IMG/VR virus record: IMGVR_UViG_3300031992_000028
Source: a virus
Taxonomy: Duplodnaviria; Caudoviricetes
Length of the DNA: 64,000 nt
Direction: 5' to 3' (one strand)
Position numbers and translations under genes: made by a program. How positions within the stretch are numbered: position 1 is the first letter of the stretch; each line of letters starts with the position of its first letter. Positions 24,334-36,603 of this stretch are shown here, one piece after another. The notes beneath the pieces were generated by a model, which saw nothing but the letters and a program-made list of their open reading frames with translations, did no database searches and was not told the origin of the DNA.

Positions 24334-24630
24334 ATGAACTATAAAATTAAACAAATTAAAGACTTAGAAAATTGTGACTATGCTTTCGAGCACTACGATT
24401 GGTGCAAAGATAAGATCAACTTGAACGACTATGAAGTTGTATATGAAGGCACAGTATCAGAAGAAAATGCTTCTAAAGGCGATAACTATGCTCTTGAAAT
24501 GTTGTTCACAAAGTTCAATATTGCTCATCCAGAAGACTATAGAGGACACAGCTTATCAGTTTCTGATATTGTAGAACTTGATGGCAAGAACTACTACTGC
24601 GATGCATTTGGCTGGGTCGAATTAAAATAA
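24334..24630 (+). CDS. YodL-like domain protein
   Basis: YEVVYEG..LEMLFTKFN..HPEDYRGHSLSVSDIV..YYCDAFGW. Confidence 0.8.
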   Translation: MNYKIKQIKDLENCDYAFEHYDWCKDKINLNDYEVVYEGTVSEENASKGDNYALEMLFTKFNIAHPEDYRGHSLSVSDIVELDGKNYYCDAFGWVELK

Positions 24631-25290
24631 AAAAAGTATTTACAAATTAAATAAATAGTGTTATAATATAAATGTAAAGAATAAGAGGTAAATATATTAT
24701 ATGTCTAAAATTGTTAATCTTACAAAAGTTCAAGGTTGTTATTCAAAAGAATTAAGAGAAGCAACTTATGGAATTAAGTTATGCTTAAGAGAACCATCTG
24801 TTTCACTTCAAGATATGAAGAATTATGTTGAAGCAGTTATTGACCCAGCAAGTATTGATGCTGAGGCTAAAAAGAGATTTAGAAAAAACCTAAGCGAATG
24901 TAAAACAAAACAAGAAGTTGACCAACTATGTTATGATGCAGTTGTTCACGGAATGTATTATCGTAGAAAAGAAAGTTAATGAAAACGGCTTAATTTCGCC
25001 GTTTTTTTATTGTATAATATAATGGAGGGTTATATTATGAAACTCGACGAAGGAAAATTAACCTTAACAGAAACTGAACTCGCTGAAGTTAAAAGAGCAA
25101 ATATGATGGCAAGTCCAAGTATTGCTGGTCTTTATTTACGCAGTTTTCTTAAAAATAAAAATTTAGTTGAAAATTTAGAAACACAACCTGATGTAAACTT
25201 TTATACTGAATGTATTCAAGCATACAGAAAAAAGAACTATGAAGTTATTTAGTTGGCTAAATTAATTGCATAAAGGCAGGTGAGAATAGA

Positions 25291-25479
25291 TTGGCTTGTA
25301 AAGTTAAACTTAGAGAAGACGAAACGACCGATGCTTTATTGGCTAGATTCAAAAGTCTAGTAAAGAAGTCTAACATCTTAGCTGACGTTAGAAAGCATGA
25401 GTTCTTCTTAAAGAAAAGTTTGAAAAGAAAACGTAAGTCTGAAGAGGCTCGTAAGTTAGCAAGAAGAAAGGGCAGATAA
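25291..25479 (+). CDS. rpsU: phage-encoded ribosomal protein bS21
   Basis: VKLREDETTDALLARFK..ILADVRKHEFFLKKSLKRKRKSEEARK. Confidence 0.85.
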   Translation: MACKVKLREDETTDALLARFKSLVKKSNILADVRKHEFFLKKSLKRKRKSEEARKLARRKGR

Positions 25480-25524
25480 ATTTCTGCTTTTTTATTTACA
25501 AATTTTTAGTATATGTTATAATGT

Positions 25525-25795
25525 GATCATGATGAATTTAGTGCAAGATGAAATTTAGTGCGAAAGCTACAGATCAGAAGCTGCTCTTCTGCAGCTGCAT
25601 CGATCTGTATTCTAGTGTGAATCACTACAGATCGTGGATACAGATTCATCTGCGATGTACGATCATGTCTAGTGAATCAGGCTACGATGTTGATGAAAAC
25701 AGTACGATTCCGTGCGCTAGATAGTGAACAAAAACATGATCTGCAAAGTTTTGTTCGCAATTTCATGTAGTAAACTGTTACAAAAATTTGCAACA
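25525..25795. repeat. non-coding TAGTG/GATC-rich island directly behind a sigma70 promoter
   Basis: TYTAGTG at 25537, 25554, 25611, 25668; many GATC. Confidence 0.7.
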
Positions 25796-28699
25796 AAACG
25801 TTTACATCGAAACACTAATGTGATATAATATAAGTATGGAAGTAAAGATAACTAAACTTAACAACTTACAAATATGGCCAACTGGTTTTATTACAGTATC
25901 AGCGGTTCATTTTAAATTAGATGATGAAGATTATTTCTTGCATTACTCTGGCGAAGAATACGAAGACCATTTGACTTTATATAAAGGCAGAAACAAATGT
26001 CATCTTACTCGTATTAGTTCTTGCTATGGAACATTAGATGACTTTATTAAATTCACAAAAAAGCCAAGATGTTTAAAGTATGTTGATACAGAAAACTTTA
26101 TTGAGAAGTTAAAAGAAAAACATTTACTTTAATTTAAAAGTGTGTTATAATATTAATAGTGAGGTAAGAAAGAAATGATTGATAAACAAACATTAGAAAA
26201 CTTTAGGCAAGACTTCAATGAAGCAATGAAAGATTTAGAAACAAAGTATGGTTTTGTAATCGAACTTGGACGTATCACTTATACAGCAACAAGTTTCACC
26301 GGCAAACTCGAAGTCAATGAAGGTGATAGCAAAGACGACGTTAATGAAAAAGACTTCTATAAGTATTGCTCTATGTATGGCTTAAGTAAAGACGACTATG
26401 ATAGACGTTTCACTTTCCAAGGCAATGATTACATTGTAGTTGGCATTAGACCAAGCAAACGCAAATACCCGATTTGTTGCCAGCAAGTTCAAAACGGCAC
26501 CACTTATGGTTTCACCGCTGAGTGTGTCAAACGTTGCTTAGGCAAATAAGAGAAGACTAAAACTTCTCTTTTTTATTTACATTGAGTGTGAAACATGGTA
26601 TAATAATAGTAGGAGAAAATATAACTATGAACACTCTTGGAATTGAAAAAGAATACAAGATAATTAAAAAGGTTAGAAGAAAACTTTTGTTAAATGATAA
26701 GTTCGTCAACTACCTTCTAAAACAATTAAATAAAGGCAATTATGTTTATATGACGAGTTCACACTCATATGAGATAATTAGTCGTGAGTTGATTAAAGAA
26801 CTTATTAAGAAAGCAGAAGATAATGATAGATACTGGAACTTAGATTGTTTTGCTCAAGTGGCAGATTATCCTGAATACGAAGGCGTGCCATTTGAAGTTA
26901 CTCATGCTAGTCCATACGATCATCGTTGGCCTGGAGACTATGATGAAGATGCTTATGATGACTGGAAAGTAGATGCGATTAGTTTATCCGATTTACTATA
27001 CGAAGACACTTGGCAAAGAGAACCTGTGTATGTAAAGCATCCTGAGATGTTTGACTTTGCTGATGAAGAAGTAATAGTAGAAGATGAAAAGTTAGAAGAT
27101 ACGAATTGTTGGTGGTAAAAGAATATGAAATACTTTTGGGTAATTGAAACAATTGATAACGAATATAGTTCAAGTTATAAATATATAACTGATAGTAGAG
27201 AAGATGCCGAAGCACATAGAATGGATTACTGTGGTTGGTATTGTCAAACTGGCGATTGTCATATAAAAAAGATCGACCAGAAGTTTCGTGTCGTAGAAGA
27301 CATTGATTACTGGCGTGGAGAAGTTTGGGAACACAAAGTAAATGTCTACGATGACAAGGGAGTTTATGTTGACATCAAATACTTAATAAAGAAAGGCAAG
27401 AAAGTTAAATAAACTATTTACTTTTCTTTTAATCCGTGTTATAATATATATGTAAGAAAGAGAAGAGAGGTAAATAAAGTTATGAAAAAAATTAACTGGT
27501 TAATGATTGGTATTCTCATTGCAATTCCAATTATCTTAATTGGTATCTATGTTGGCGACTACTTTTGGGTTGAAAGTTATAAAGCAGTTCCAGTTTATTA
27601 CCAACATATCTTCGGAAATGATTTAGCAAGATATATTATCTTCGACCATATCTGCTCAGGAATTGTTGTTGGTATTATTACAGTTATTATTGAAGTATTA
27701 ACTATTATTGAATTCAAAGTAAAAAAATAATAAGGAAGGTAAATAAACTATGGAAAGAAATGAATTGTTAGATAAGTTCTTCGAAATGAAGTGCAAACAG
27801 ATGTTATTGAAACTTTGGTTAATGGCTTTCGCTAAACCAGGTTATGTCGGAAGTGAAGTTGGTCTTTGTATGAAACATATGGAAGTTCAATCAAAGTTAG
27901 ATAATGTCGAAGACGAAATGCTTAAATTACTTCAAGCAAACGAAACCTTCTTCAGAGGTGCCGACTTAGATGGTTATTGCCAAGAATATAAAATCTCTAT
28001 GGACAGACAAAAAGAAATCTCTAAAGAAATCTTAGATAGAGAATATACCATTGAAGACTTAATGGATAAAGTCGAAAGGAGATAAGTATGAGAAAGTTAT
28101 ATGCTTTAATTACTTGTCCTATCTCAGACAATCCAAAGGCAAAAATTATTCAAGTATCTTTTAATAAAGAAGAACTTGAAGAGATTGCAAACTATCTAAA
28201 TCAATTCCATTACTTCTCACCTAATGCGACAGTCAGAGAAGTTGATGAACATGTTTGCGAATGGTATTGGCCTAAATAGGGGGTAAGAAATAGTTATGGG
28301 TTTTACAACAGGTTTTTGGCTATTTATAGTTGGAATAATATTATATATTGGTTTAACTATCTTAACAGTTGCGATTACAAATAATCGAGAAGATGACACA
28401 CCTTTATGGGAACCAATATTACTTTGTATCTTACTAACACCTGTCTTGGCAATCTTATTAGAGATGTTGAAACCATATAAGATTAAACAAGGAGGGAAAT
28501 AAATAATGTTTACCATATTCTTAATCATTGCCGCATGGAACTTAAACTTACCACAGTGGCTACAAATATGTCTCACAGTGTTTGGTGTCTTACATATCCT
28601 GTTTGGCACGTCTACGAGAGTCATACATGAATATAGGGAGAGGAAATAAAACCTCTTCTTTTTTTATTTACACAGTAAGAAGAACATGCTATAACATAA

Positions 28700-29055
28700 G
28701 CTCAGATAAATTCATCTCACACTAGAATGGCAGATCTATCCGGCAGATCAGATCAGCTGCATCGGATTTAGCTTTACTAGAAGATTGACATACATGATCA
28801 GATCACTGTATCCGGATTTTCGTCCACTAGAAATACAGGTAGAGATGCTGTGACATACGGTAACACAGATGTTACATACAGATGCTTCACACTAGAATAC
28901 AGATGAATCTGCGATCAGGATACAGATGAATACAGCTGAATTCGCACTAGGAATACAGGATCAGGATATAGCATCGGTAGCTAGATCTGTAGCTTATTTA
29001 CTAGCATCGGATACTGCATCTAGCTGATCTAATAGCTTATAATACACTAGAAATA
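28700..29055. repeat. non-coding island with a quasi-periodic ACTAG(A) motif
   Basis: ACTAG at 28721, 28776, 28826, 28891, 28946, 29000, 29046; about 9 GATC. Confidence 0.75.
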
Positions 29056-29307
29056 GGCCTCTGTACCTGGCTTCAAAAACACTACCCCCTGGGCGGGGGG
29101 GGCGCCCTTTTTCACCTTTTTAGCTTTCAATAAGAAAGGCCAAAAATTTTTCGCGCGCGCACACGTAATAATAAAAAGAAAGAGTAGCAAAATGAGTTGC
29201 AATAAAAATATCTGCACGAAAGTTGCAATATAAGAAGCAAAGAGTTGCAGTTTGAGCAATAATTTTTATTTTCACTGTATAATATAGCATAGAGGTAAAT
29301 AATTTAT

Positions 29308-29826
29308 ATGGTTAAAGACAAAATTTTAAAAAATGCTGCTGAAGCAGGTGCTGACCTATCTGTATTTCATGAGCCAGATAGAAAGTGGAAGAATTACTAT
29401 ATAGAAGATGAAGAGAATAATTTATTATTCTTAGTTCCATCTTATTTATTCTATGGTGTTATAGTCTTAGATTTAGATATTGCAAGAAAAGCAACATTTA
29501 CTACTTCAGATGGTGCTATTCATAAACTTAGTGATTATGCTTGGGGATTATCTTCTACTTCAAGAAAGAGTTGCTATCCAAAAGTAGCTGTTATTGATCG
29601 AAAAATTAAATGTGGTAGAACTACAATATTATTGAATTCAGTTATTTTAAATAATGCAAAGCAAGAAGATGGAGTATTAGATAGATATAGCTTTGATAAT
29701 ATAAATGGTAATAAACTTGATAATCGTCTTTGTAACCTTCGTTTCGGCACTACAAAAAATAATAATGATACAAGATATGAGCAAAAAGTTCCAGAGATAA
29801 AATATCCATTTAAAGTTTGGTTTTAA
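29308..29826 (+). CDS. HNH endonuclease-like protein (possibly degenerate)
   Basis: FDNINGNKLDNRLCNLR matches DHINGNKLDNRxxNLR, but with His replaced by Asn. Confidence 0.6.
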   Translation: MVKDKILKNAAEAGADLSVFHEPDRKWKNYYIEDEENNLLFLVPSYLFYGVIVLDLDIARKATFTTSDGAIHKLSDYAWGLSSTSRKSCYPKVAVIDRKIKCGRTTILLNSVILNNAKQEDGVLDRYSFDNINGNKLDNRLCNLRFGTTKNNNDTRYEQKVPEIKYPFKVWF

Positions 29827-29873
29827 GTAAGCTATTAAAATAGCTTACTTTTTATTTTGCTAAATTATACAGT

Positions 29874-31610
29874 ATGAACATATTAGAAGCTTATAATATT
29901 CTTAATACTTTATATGAAGATTATTCTGATGGCTATCTTGAAATTGCAAAGCCAATTAATTTAAAAGATTGCAGAGAGATAGTTTCAGATGTTTTAGATA
30001 TTCGTAATGAATTAGAAGCCAGCGCTTGTTTAGACTATAATGGAGTATTAACCAGAGTTGCAGCAAAAGTACTTATTTTTAGAGACGGCTTAGAAGGAAA
30101 AGAAGTATTGCTTAGACTTTGAAGAACTGCCGTTTATTTACCTGGCGGCGGTTTTGATCTTAAAAAAGATAATTATAATATAGTCAATACCGTTAAACGT
30201 GAAGTAGAAGAAGAAATAAACTTAGTCATAGATAATATTAGACCAACTAGCTTTAACTATTGAAGATATGATAATAAAGCTTGAGTTAGCAACCATGTAG
30301 AAAAAGAAGAAGATAGATGGCTAGGTTATTATAATTATTTATTTACCGCTGATTATAAAACCACTGGAGACAATGATTTGCCTGAAGAAGCTGGAAGATA
30401 CAGATGGCATAAAGTTTCTGATATTTTAGCTAGGCCAGACACAAAAGAACTTGCTTGCATTAAAAAAGCTATCATTGAGAATGGTTATGCAGATTTAAAT
30501 GAGGGTTTATTGACTGAAGGCAAATCAGTCGGTTCAGTGAGCTATTTTGTTCATGATACTAAAGGACAACCAGCTATTACTGGCTTAGCCAAGATTTTAA
30601 CTTCAGAAACTATTTTGGCTTCAACAGAAAGTGATAGTTCAAAGTATATTTCTACGTCAAGAGATTTAATGTCGCATGCTGGATCAACTTGAAAATGTGG
30701 TCTTATTTTAGATGGAGACAAGATTTCAAATAGATATAAAGTCAATCCAATAAATAAAAATAGTATGATTTATTTTGGGCTGACAGCTGATAGCACAAAA
30801 CAATTACAGTTACGAGCTATTTCTAAATATGTTGCAGATGATAACCCAGAGTTATGCTTTTATTGCATTGATTTAAATGGCAGTCGTTTCTTTACTGAAA
30901 TTTCAGAACAAACATATAATATCTTTAAAGATATTATGTTAGCTTTTAATGCCCAACTTGCCGTTCAAAATCAAGAACCTGGAAAGGGTGGATTAGATAA
31001 ATATAAAGGGAGAACAAACAGCGATGTTAAAAAATATTCTGATCAGCATCCTGTTAGATATAATCGTCATATAATGCCTGATAAGCTTCCAGCAGACAAA
31101 CGAGATCATGCCTGACATTGTGTTGAGTCATGTGGGTACAATGTTGAAAACTCTAACCTAGTTTTAAAGTTATCTGAATTGGGCAATTATAAAGATTTAA
31201 TTTTTGAAAAACATGGTATTGATATAACTACAGCTGAATTTTTCAGACAATTTGCAGGACAATATGTAGATGAATCAGAAGAACGTATTGTTGCAAAATT
31301 AATTAAAGATGTAGACAAACTTGGAGAAGTAGTAGAGGGAGATACTGATATTTATGGTTTAAATATTTCCGGGTGTATTCAGGCAATTTTAATTAATATT
31401 AAGCATAAACCGGCCTTTGAAAATACTAACAGTGAAAAGCTTCCAAAATTAGCTGATGATAACGGAAATATTACAACTAAGGTTGATAATATTCCAAATA
31501 TTAGACAGATAGCTAAAATAATAAAAGACTATGCAAAACGTCATTCTATTCCAATAATTTTTTGAAATAATACTACTACAAATAATGATATACTGAAACA
31601 AGTAAACTAA
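29874..31610 (+). CDS. 578-aa protein with a Nudix domain and a possible ART-like domain (code 4, 6 TGA)
   Basis: Four track ORFs share one frame; LPGGG..VKREVEEEINL Nudix box; TGCTAAATTA at 29858. Confidence 0.75.
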
Positions 31611-31669
31611 GCAGAATTAAAACTTCTGCTTTTTATTACTATGGCTATAAAAATATTGTATAATATAAT

Positions 31670-32392
31670 ATGGAAAATAATATGGAAGAATTGTTAAATA
31701 TTGAATTTACAGAAGACTATAAAGAGCAATTATTGAGCATTATAAAACGTTCTATGATGCCCGGTAATACTAGTATTTCTACTGCAGAGGCATCAATGCT
31801 ATTTCATTGGAAACGTCATGAAAATGACCCTGCATATAGTTTTGTTCCAGAAGAGTACAGAGGTTATAAATAATATGCCAGGAAGTAATTTTGAAAAGGA
31901 TATAGCATTAGCTATTACAAGACAAACAGAGATTGTTAAACAACAAGTATTACTAGAATTAATTACTATTGCATGTAATTGTGATGATTTTAATCAATTT
32001 AAAAAAGTCTTATATGCAAGAGCTTTGGGCTTTATGAAAGAATTTGAAGATCAAGGTATGTTAAAGCCTGGTACAACCGAAAAAGTTGCTAAGGGTGAAC
32101 AGATGTCTGATTCAGATTTAAACATTAAAAATAAGGGGAAATAATGTAAATGGAGTTTAAGGATACTTTACGACAAAATATTGACTGGATTGAGTATTAT
32201 GCTGCCATTCAGAATTCTGAGTATGATGAGCCAATTTCTGAAGACATTCGTTTAAAAACATTAATAGATGGAATTTTAGCATTTATTGTTAATGACGAAG
32301 AAACAGCTGAAAAAACATCTTATATTAAAAAAATTAAAGCAGCTAAAAAACGTGAGTCAGTATTAAAAATAACTCATAAAATTATTGATTAA
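31670..32392 (+). other. three small hypothetical genes (31670, 31875, 32150)
   Basis: Contiguous ORFs after TTGTATAAT, followed by a terminator. Confidence 0.7.
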
Positions 32393-32469
32393 TCAAGAGA
32401 AGATTGAAAGACATCTTCTTTTCTTTTTGCTAAATTATTTGATAGATCAGCAAAAAGGAGCTTAAATAT

Positions 32470-33699
32470 ATGGCAAAACCAAAAGAACAATATAAGAAGC
32501 AAGATAATGAAATGTCCACTTGATTTTCTGATGCCGATTCTTCTTATCCTACTATTAATTTAAATCAATTTAAGTATTCTGATGGATCTACTATTGCTGG
32601 TATTACAAAAATTTGTCCTTGACAGCGTGAAAGAGACGATATTGCAGAATTTTATAATGATGGAACAGTAGACTCTTTTAAGCCGGTTTATGCAGGCGAT
32701 TCACCTAAGTTTACTGAATGAGTAAAGGTAGATACTGCTGGGACATATAAGTTATATGTTAAAGATAATAAATTACTCCTAAGCAATAAAAAGACTACAA
32801 ATGCAGTAGACTTTAGAGATGGAGTAATTCCAAATAGAATGGTTTTGTTCTTACAAGCTGGTGGTGGAGGCGGAGGAAGCTCTTCCGATGTTTTTGCTGC
32901 TGGTTGGTGTATTGGCGGTGCTAATGGCGGAGCAGGTGGTAGTGGTGCTGCTTTTGCAGTAGTGCTTAATACAGAATTACTAAAGGTTTCTGAATCTAAT
33001 TATTTTGAGATTAAGGTTGGTGCAGGAGGAAAAGGTGGTAACTGGTTTGGCCACTCGTCTCAGGGTGCAATTGTTCTAGGAAATGGTGCTGCTTACGGTG
33101 ATAGCGGTGCCGCTGGAGAAAGTAGTATATTGACTTTTGGTGATTCTAAAAATAAAACTGAGACTGAACTAATTGTAGCCACTGGCGGCGGTGCAGGTGG
33201 TCGTGCATCTGGATATAATACAGGTGGTCCAGGTGGTGGTGGCAATGTAACAAAGAAAACAGGTAGCGGAACATATTGATGGCCTTTACCTTGTACACAA
33301 GGTAGTACATTACATCAGTCTTGCTGACTTAATGGGGCTAGCGGTGGAACCTATCAGCATGCTGGAGGAAGTACAGCTGCGTATGTGGCACGTATAACTG
33401 ATAATAGTAATTATTATAGTAGGTCTGGTATGTACTTTACTTTAGGAAACAAAAGTGGCGGTGCAGCTGGACAAGGTGAGGCTCCTGGCGGTGGTGCATC
33501 CTGATTTGCTAATGGAGGAGCGGGCGGTGGCGCTGCCTCATACGGCAATCATGGCTCACTTGGTTCTGGTGGAGGCGGCGGTCGTTTTACTTACGCTGGT
33601 CACTTTATTGGTATCTTTGTGATAGGTATGGCTATTGTTAGCTTAGCTATTCAAGGTGGCGGTAATGGCGGCGATGGCTGTCTTAGATTATATTATTAA
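32470..33699 (+). CDS. glycine-rich virion/tail-fibre-like protein (code 4, 6 TGA)
   Basis: LQAGGGGGG, GGAGGSG, IKVGAGGKGG, GGNGGDGCLRLYY end; AAGGAG SD; TGCTAAATTA at 32428. Confidence 0.8.
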
Positions 33700-33794
33700 T
33701 AGATAAAAATAATGCCAAAAAAATTGGGAAAAATTCTCAATTTTTTATTTACTTTTAATATATAGAAGTGTATAATATAAATAGAGGATATATT

Positions 33795-34721
33795 ATGAAA
33801 AAATTAAAAATAGCTATACTATCGGTATTAGTTGCCGCTATGTTGACTGCTTGTGGCATACAAAATACTGCAGATAGTACTGTAGATGATGCAGCTATTG
33901 TTGAAGAAATCTTAGATGAAGATGACGATAGCCATAGATTTCCAATGTCTGAAATCTTAAATTTCTATAGGCAAGCACCGGTTGATTGTATTGCTATTCC
34001 AGATTATAGTAAAATAAATAGAGATACTGTTTATGAAGCAAATGATAAATTTGAAAATTATTATTTAGTGAAAGCAGTATTATCACCATTAGCAGATATG
34101 AATGTCTATAAAGATATGCTTATTTATAATGGTTGGGAATTTATTCAAACTGATGAAGATGGTATTGATACTTATCAATTTGAAAATACTGTTGCATTTT
34201 TGGATATTGGAAAATATGCTGGCAATGTTGGACTATCTTTCTATTATATTCCAGAAGAACCAAGTCCATATTATAAGGCAAAAGCAGATATATTAGAGAA
34301 AACTGTAAGTATGTTAGTTGACTTTGATGATGTTAACTGGAGGTCTTATGGAATGGGATATATTCAAATTCATGTTGGAGATGATGAGGATTTTAAGCTT
34401 AATTCTATGCCAGACCCTACTGAGTTTCCAGATAATGCTAGCGAAGAGAAGCTCTCTCAAATCACAGCTGCTTTAGAAAGTAGATTATTACCAGAGTATT
34501 TAATTAAACGTAAAGAGCATTTTTATACTGGCGATACTGATGTAGCATATTATTGGTCAAGGTATAAAGAACCAAAGCACTCAAATGTATTTGTATCACA
34601 ATATTTAGATGAAAATGAAACTATTTTGGTTCAAGTTGCCACATACTGCACAGGTGGGTATCTCTATGGTAGTGTTATCTTACTATTATTATCAGATTGC
34701 CCTCGTTGGGTTGAGAGCTAA
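33795..34721 (+). CDS. lipoprotein
   Basis: MKKLKIAILSVLVAAMLTA-C lipobox; early-type promoter. Confidence 0.75.
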   Translation: MKKLKIAILSVLVAAMLTACGIQNTADSTVDDAAIVEEILDEDDDSHRFPMSEILNFYRQAPVDCIAIPDYSKINRDTVYEANDKFENYYLVKAVLSPLADMNVYKDMLIYNGWEFIQTDEDGIDTYQFENTVAFLDIGKYAGNVGLSFYYIPEEPSPYYKAKADILEKTVSMLVDFDDVNWRSYGMGYIQIHVGDDEDFKLNSMPDPTEFPDNASEEKLSQITAALESRLLPEYLIKRKEHFYTGDTDVAYYWSRYKEPKHSNVFVSQYLDENETILVQVATYCTGGYLYGSVILLLLSDCPRWVES

Positions 34722-34774
34722 TATTTATTTAAATCAAGGTGCCATTAGGCATCTTTTTTATTGTATAATATAAT

Positions 34775-36600
34775 ATGACAGTAAAAGAAAGATTAATTAG
34801 ATATTTTAATTTGGTGCGCAAGCAGAGTCAATTAACTGTAGATGAATATCATGAGATGCTTCATTTAGAAGAAGCACTTATTGATGATATTGATCAATTA
34901 GACTTATCAGATGACTTACGAGAACTTCAACAAAAGTTTATTAATGCATCTATTGAATTAATGGCTGGTCCATATGCGATTATGGATACCGGAAATGGTT
35001 GGGATGCAATGTATGTTTTATTAGAAAGTGCATTACCAAAATTAACTGGCAAAGAAAGAATGGCTATTGCAGATTTAATTGGCGGTAGAATTGCTGTTGG
35101 TGGCCCATATCCAAGTAGAAGAGAATACATTAAAAAATTCAGGAGAAAGTAAAATATGATTAAACTAAGAGATTGGGATAGATTATATGTGCATACTTTT
35201 GACTGGGTTTTAAGAAGAATGGAGCCTGATACTTTAGAATTTTATAAAGATACTGAGCAAGATTGGGTAGAATCAATTAAAGCATTTAATAAAGTTCAAT
35301 TAGAGCTTTTTGATAAATATGCTGTGACTTATAAGTCTGGCGATGGCTTTAAGAAGAAATGTGTTAAAGGTTTAGAATTAACTGCAGATCAATTATTTGA
35401 ATTATTTCATAAACATTTAAATCTTTATACAAATCATACTATTAGATATTTTATTTTTCATTGGTGGAATGATTTAAGGTATTATATAGAAGGTGCACAA
35501 CCAACACTAGATTGTGCATTTGAATTATTTAAAGATGCTACAAAAGAAGAAATTGAACAAGCTAATAAAGATTTTGCTCATTATGAATATGACCATTACG
35601 GTGAAATTCAAAAATCTGATCATACATTTAATAATGGTAGAGTATTAGAATATCGAGGCATTAGATTTCCTCTTGATGATCAATGGGGAGACGCTTGGTT
35701 TAAAAAGAAAAATGGTGAAATTACACATTTTGAATTAGTTTGGGATTGGTGGTTTCCCATTGATGAGTGTTTAGATTTATATAATATTTAAGGAGTATTT
35801 ATGGACGTTACAAAAACAATGAAGTTGCCATTAAAGGATGTTTATCAATTACTTATCAGTGAGATGCGTTATGGCTATGGAAGAAATAATCATTTAATGC
35901 CAAGTTGTGGTTATGATAAGGTAAAAACTTTTGTCCCGCAAATGTATGAAGTTGATAAAGAATATGCTGTTTATACAATGAAGCAGCTTTGTGAAGAATG
36001 TATTTCAGATCAGCTTATGATGAATTTCTACGATGGTGAAGATGATGAACATGGAAATCGTGCTGAAGCTATTGAGTTTATTAAATGGAGTATGCAATGG
36101 GTTCATCAACATGAAACAGACCCAAGATATAAAGGTAGCACCTGGCTTCCATATAATCATGATTTATTTTTAGATAACTTAGCTAAGGATAATGAGCCAA
36201 GATATTTAGTTTATGAGCTTCGTGGTAAAAGTAAAAGAAAGAAATTAATTACAGTTGAACCAGTTAGTCAAAAGGAATATATTAATATAGTTTTTGATGG
36301 TATTGCTGAAGGTACATATCGTAAAGAAGACCATAAACTTACTGAAAAGTATGGCGATAATAGAAGAAGTTATACATATCATATTTTATCGCCAGTTGAA
36401 AAAGATTTTTATGTTAAGCATATATAGAATAGAGGTAAGCTAATATGTATTATGCATGTTTTAGAATTAAAAAAGATCAAAAAGATAAAAATGAACCACA
36501 AAAGATTATTAAGAAGGCTTTTAATACTAGAGATGAGGCTAGAGACTTCCTTAATATTCATATGGACTTTGATAAATATGATCAATGCTGGACAGAATAA
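34775..36600 (+). other. hypothetical genes (34775, 35156, 35801, 36445)
   Basis: Contiguous ORFs. Confidence 0.7.
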
Positions 36601-36603
36601 ATC

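Larger units (their letters stand above)
22753..28650 (+). other. second early-module cluster of small hypothetical genes (22753, 22969, 23259, 23790, 23944, 24701, 25037, 25836, 26175, 26627, 27125, 27482, 27750, 28088, 28296, 28506)
   Basis: Short ORFs with SDs and sigma70 promoters; 27482, 28296 and 28506 are hydrophobic, membrane-like. Confidence 0.8.
12960..28695 (+). promoter_or_regulatory. dense series of sigma70-type early promoters TTTAC(A/T)-N~17-TATAAT, mostly with TG extension
   Basis: About 20 copies, e.g. 12960, 13603, 14409, 14678, 15164, 16194, 16802, 17896, 18577, 19164, 19963, 22698, 23200, 23742, 24281, 24639, 25495, 25801, 26123, 26576, 27417, 28667. Confidence 0.85.

Noticed and set aside
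28700-29055. CRISPR array
   Set aside because: The constant part is only 5-7 nt, spacing varies from 46 to 65 bp, the intervening sequences share words, and no cas genes are present.
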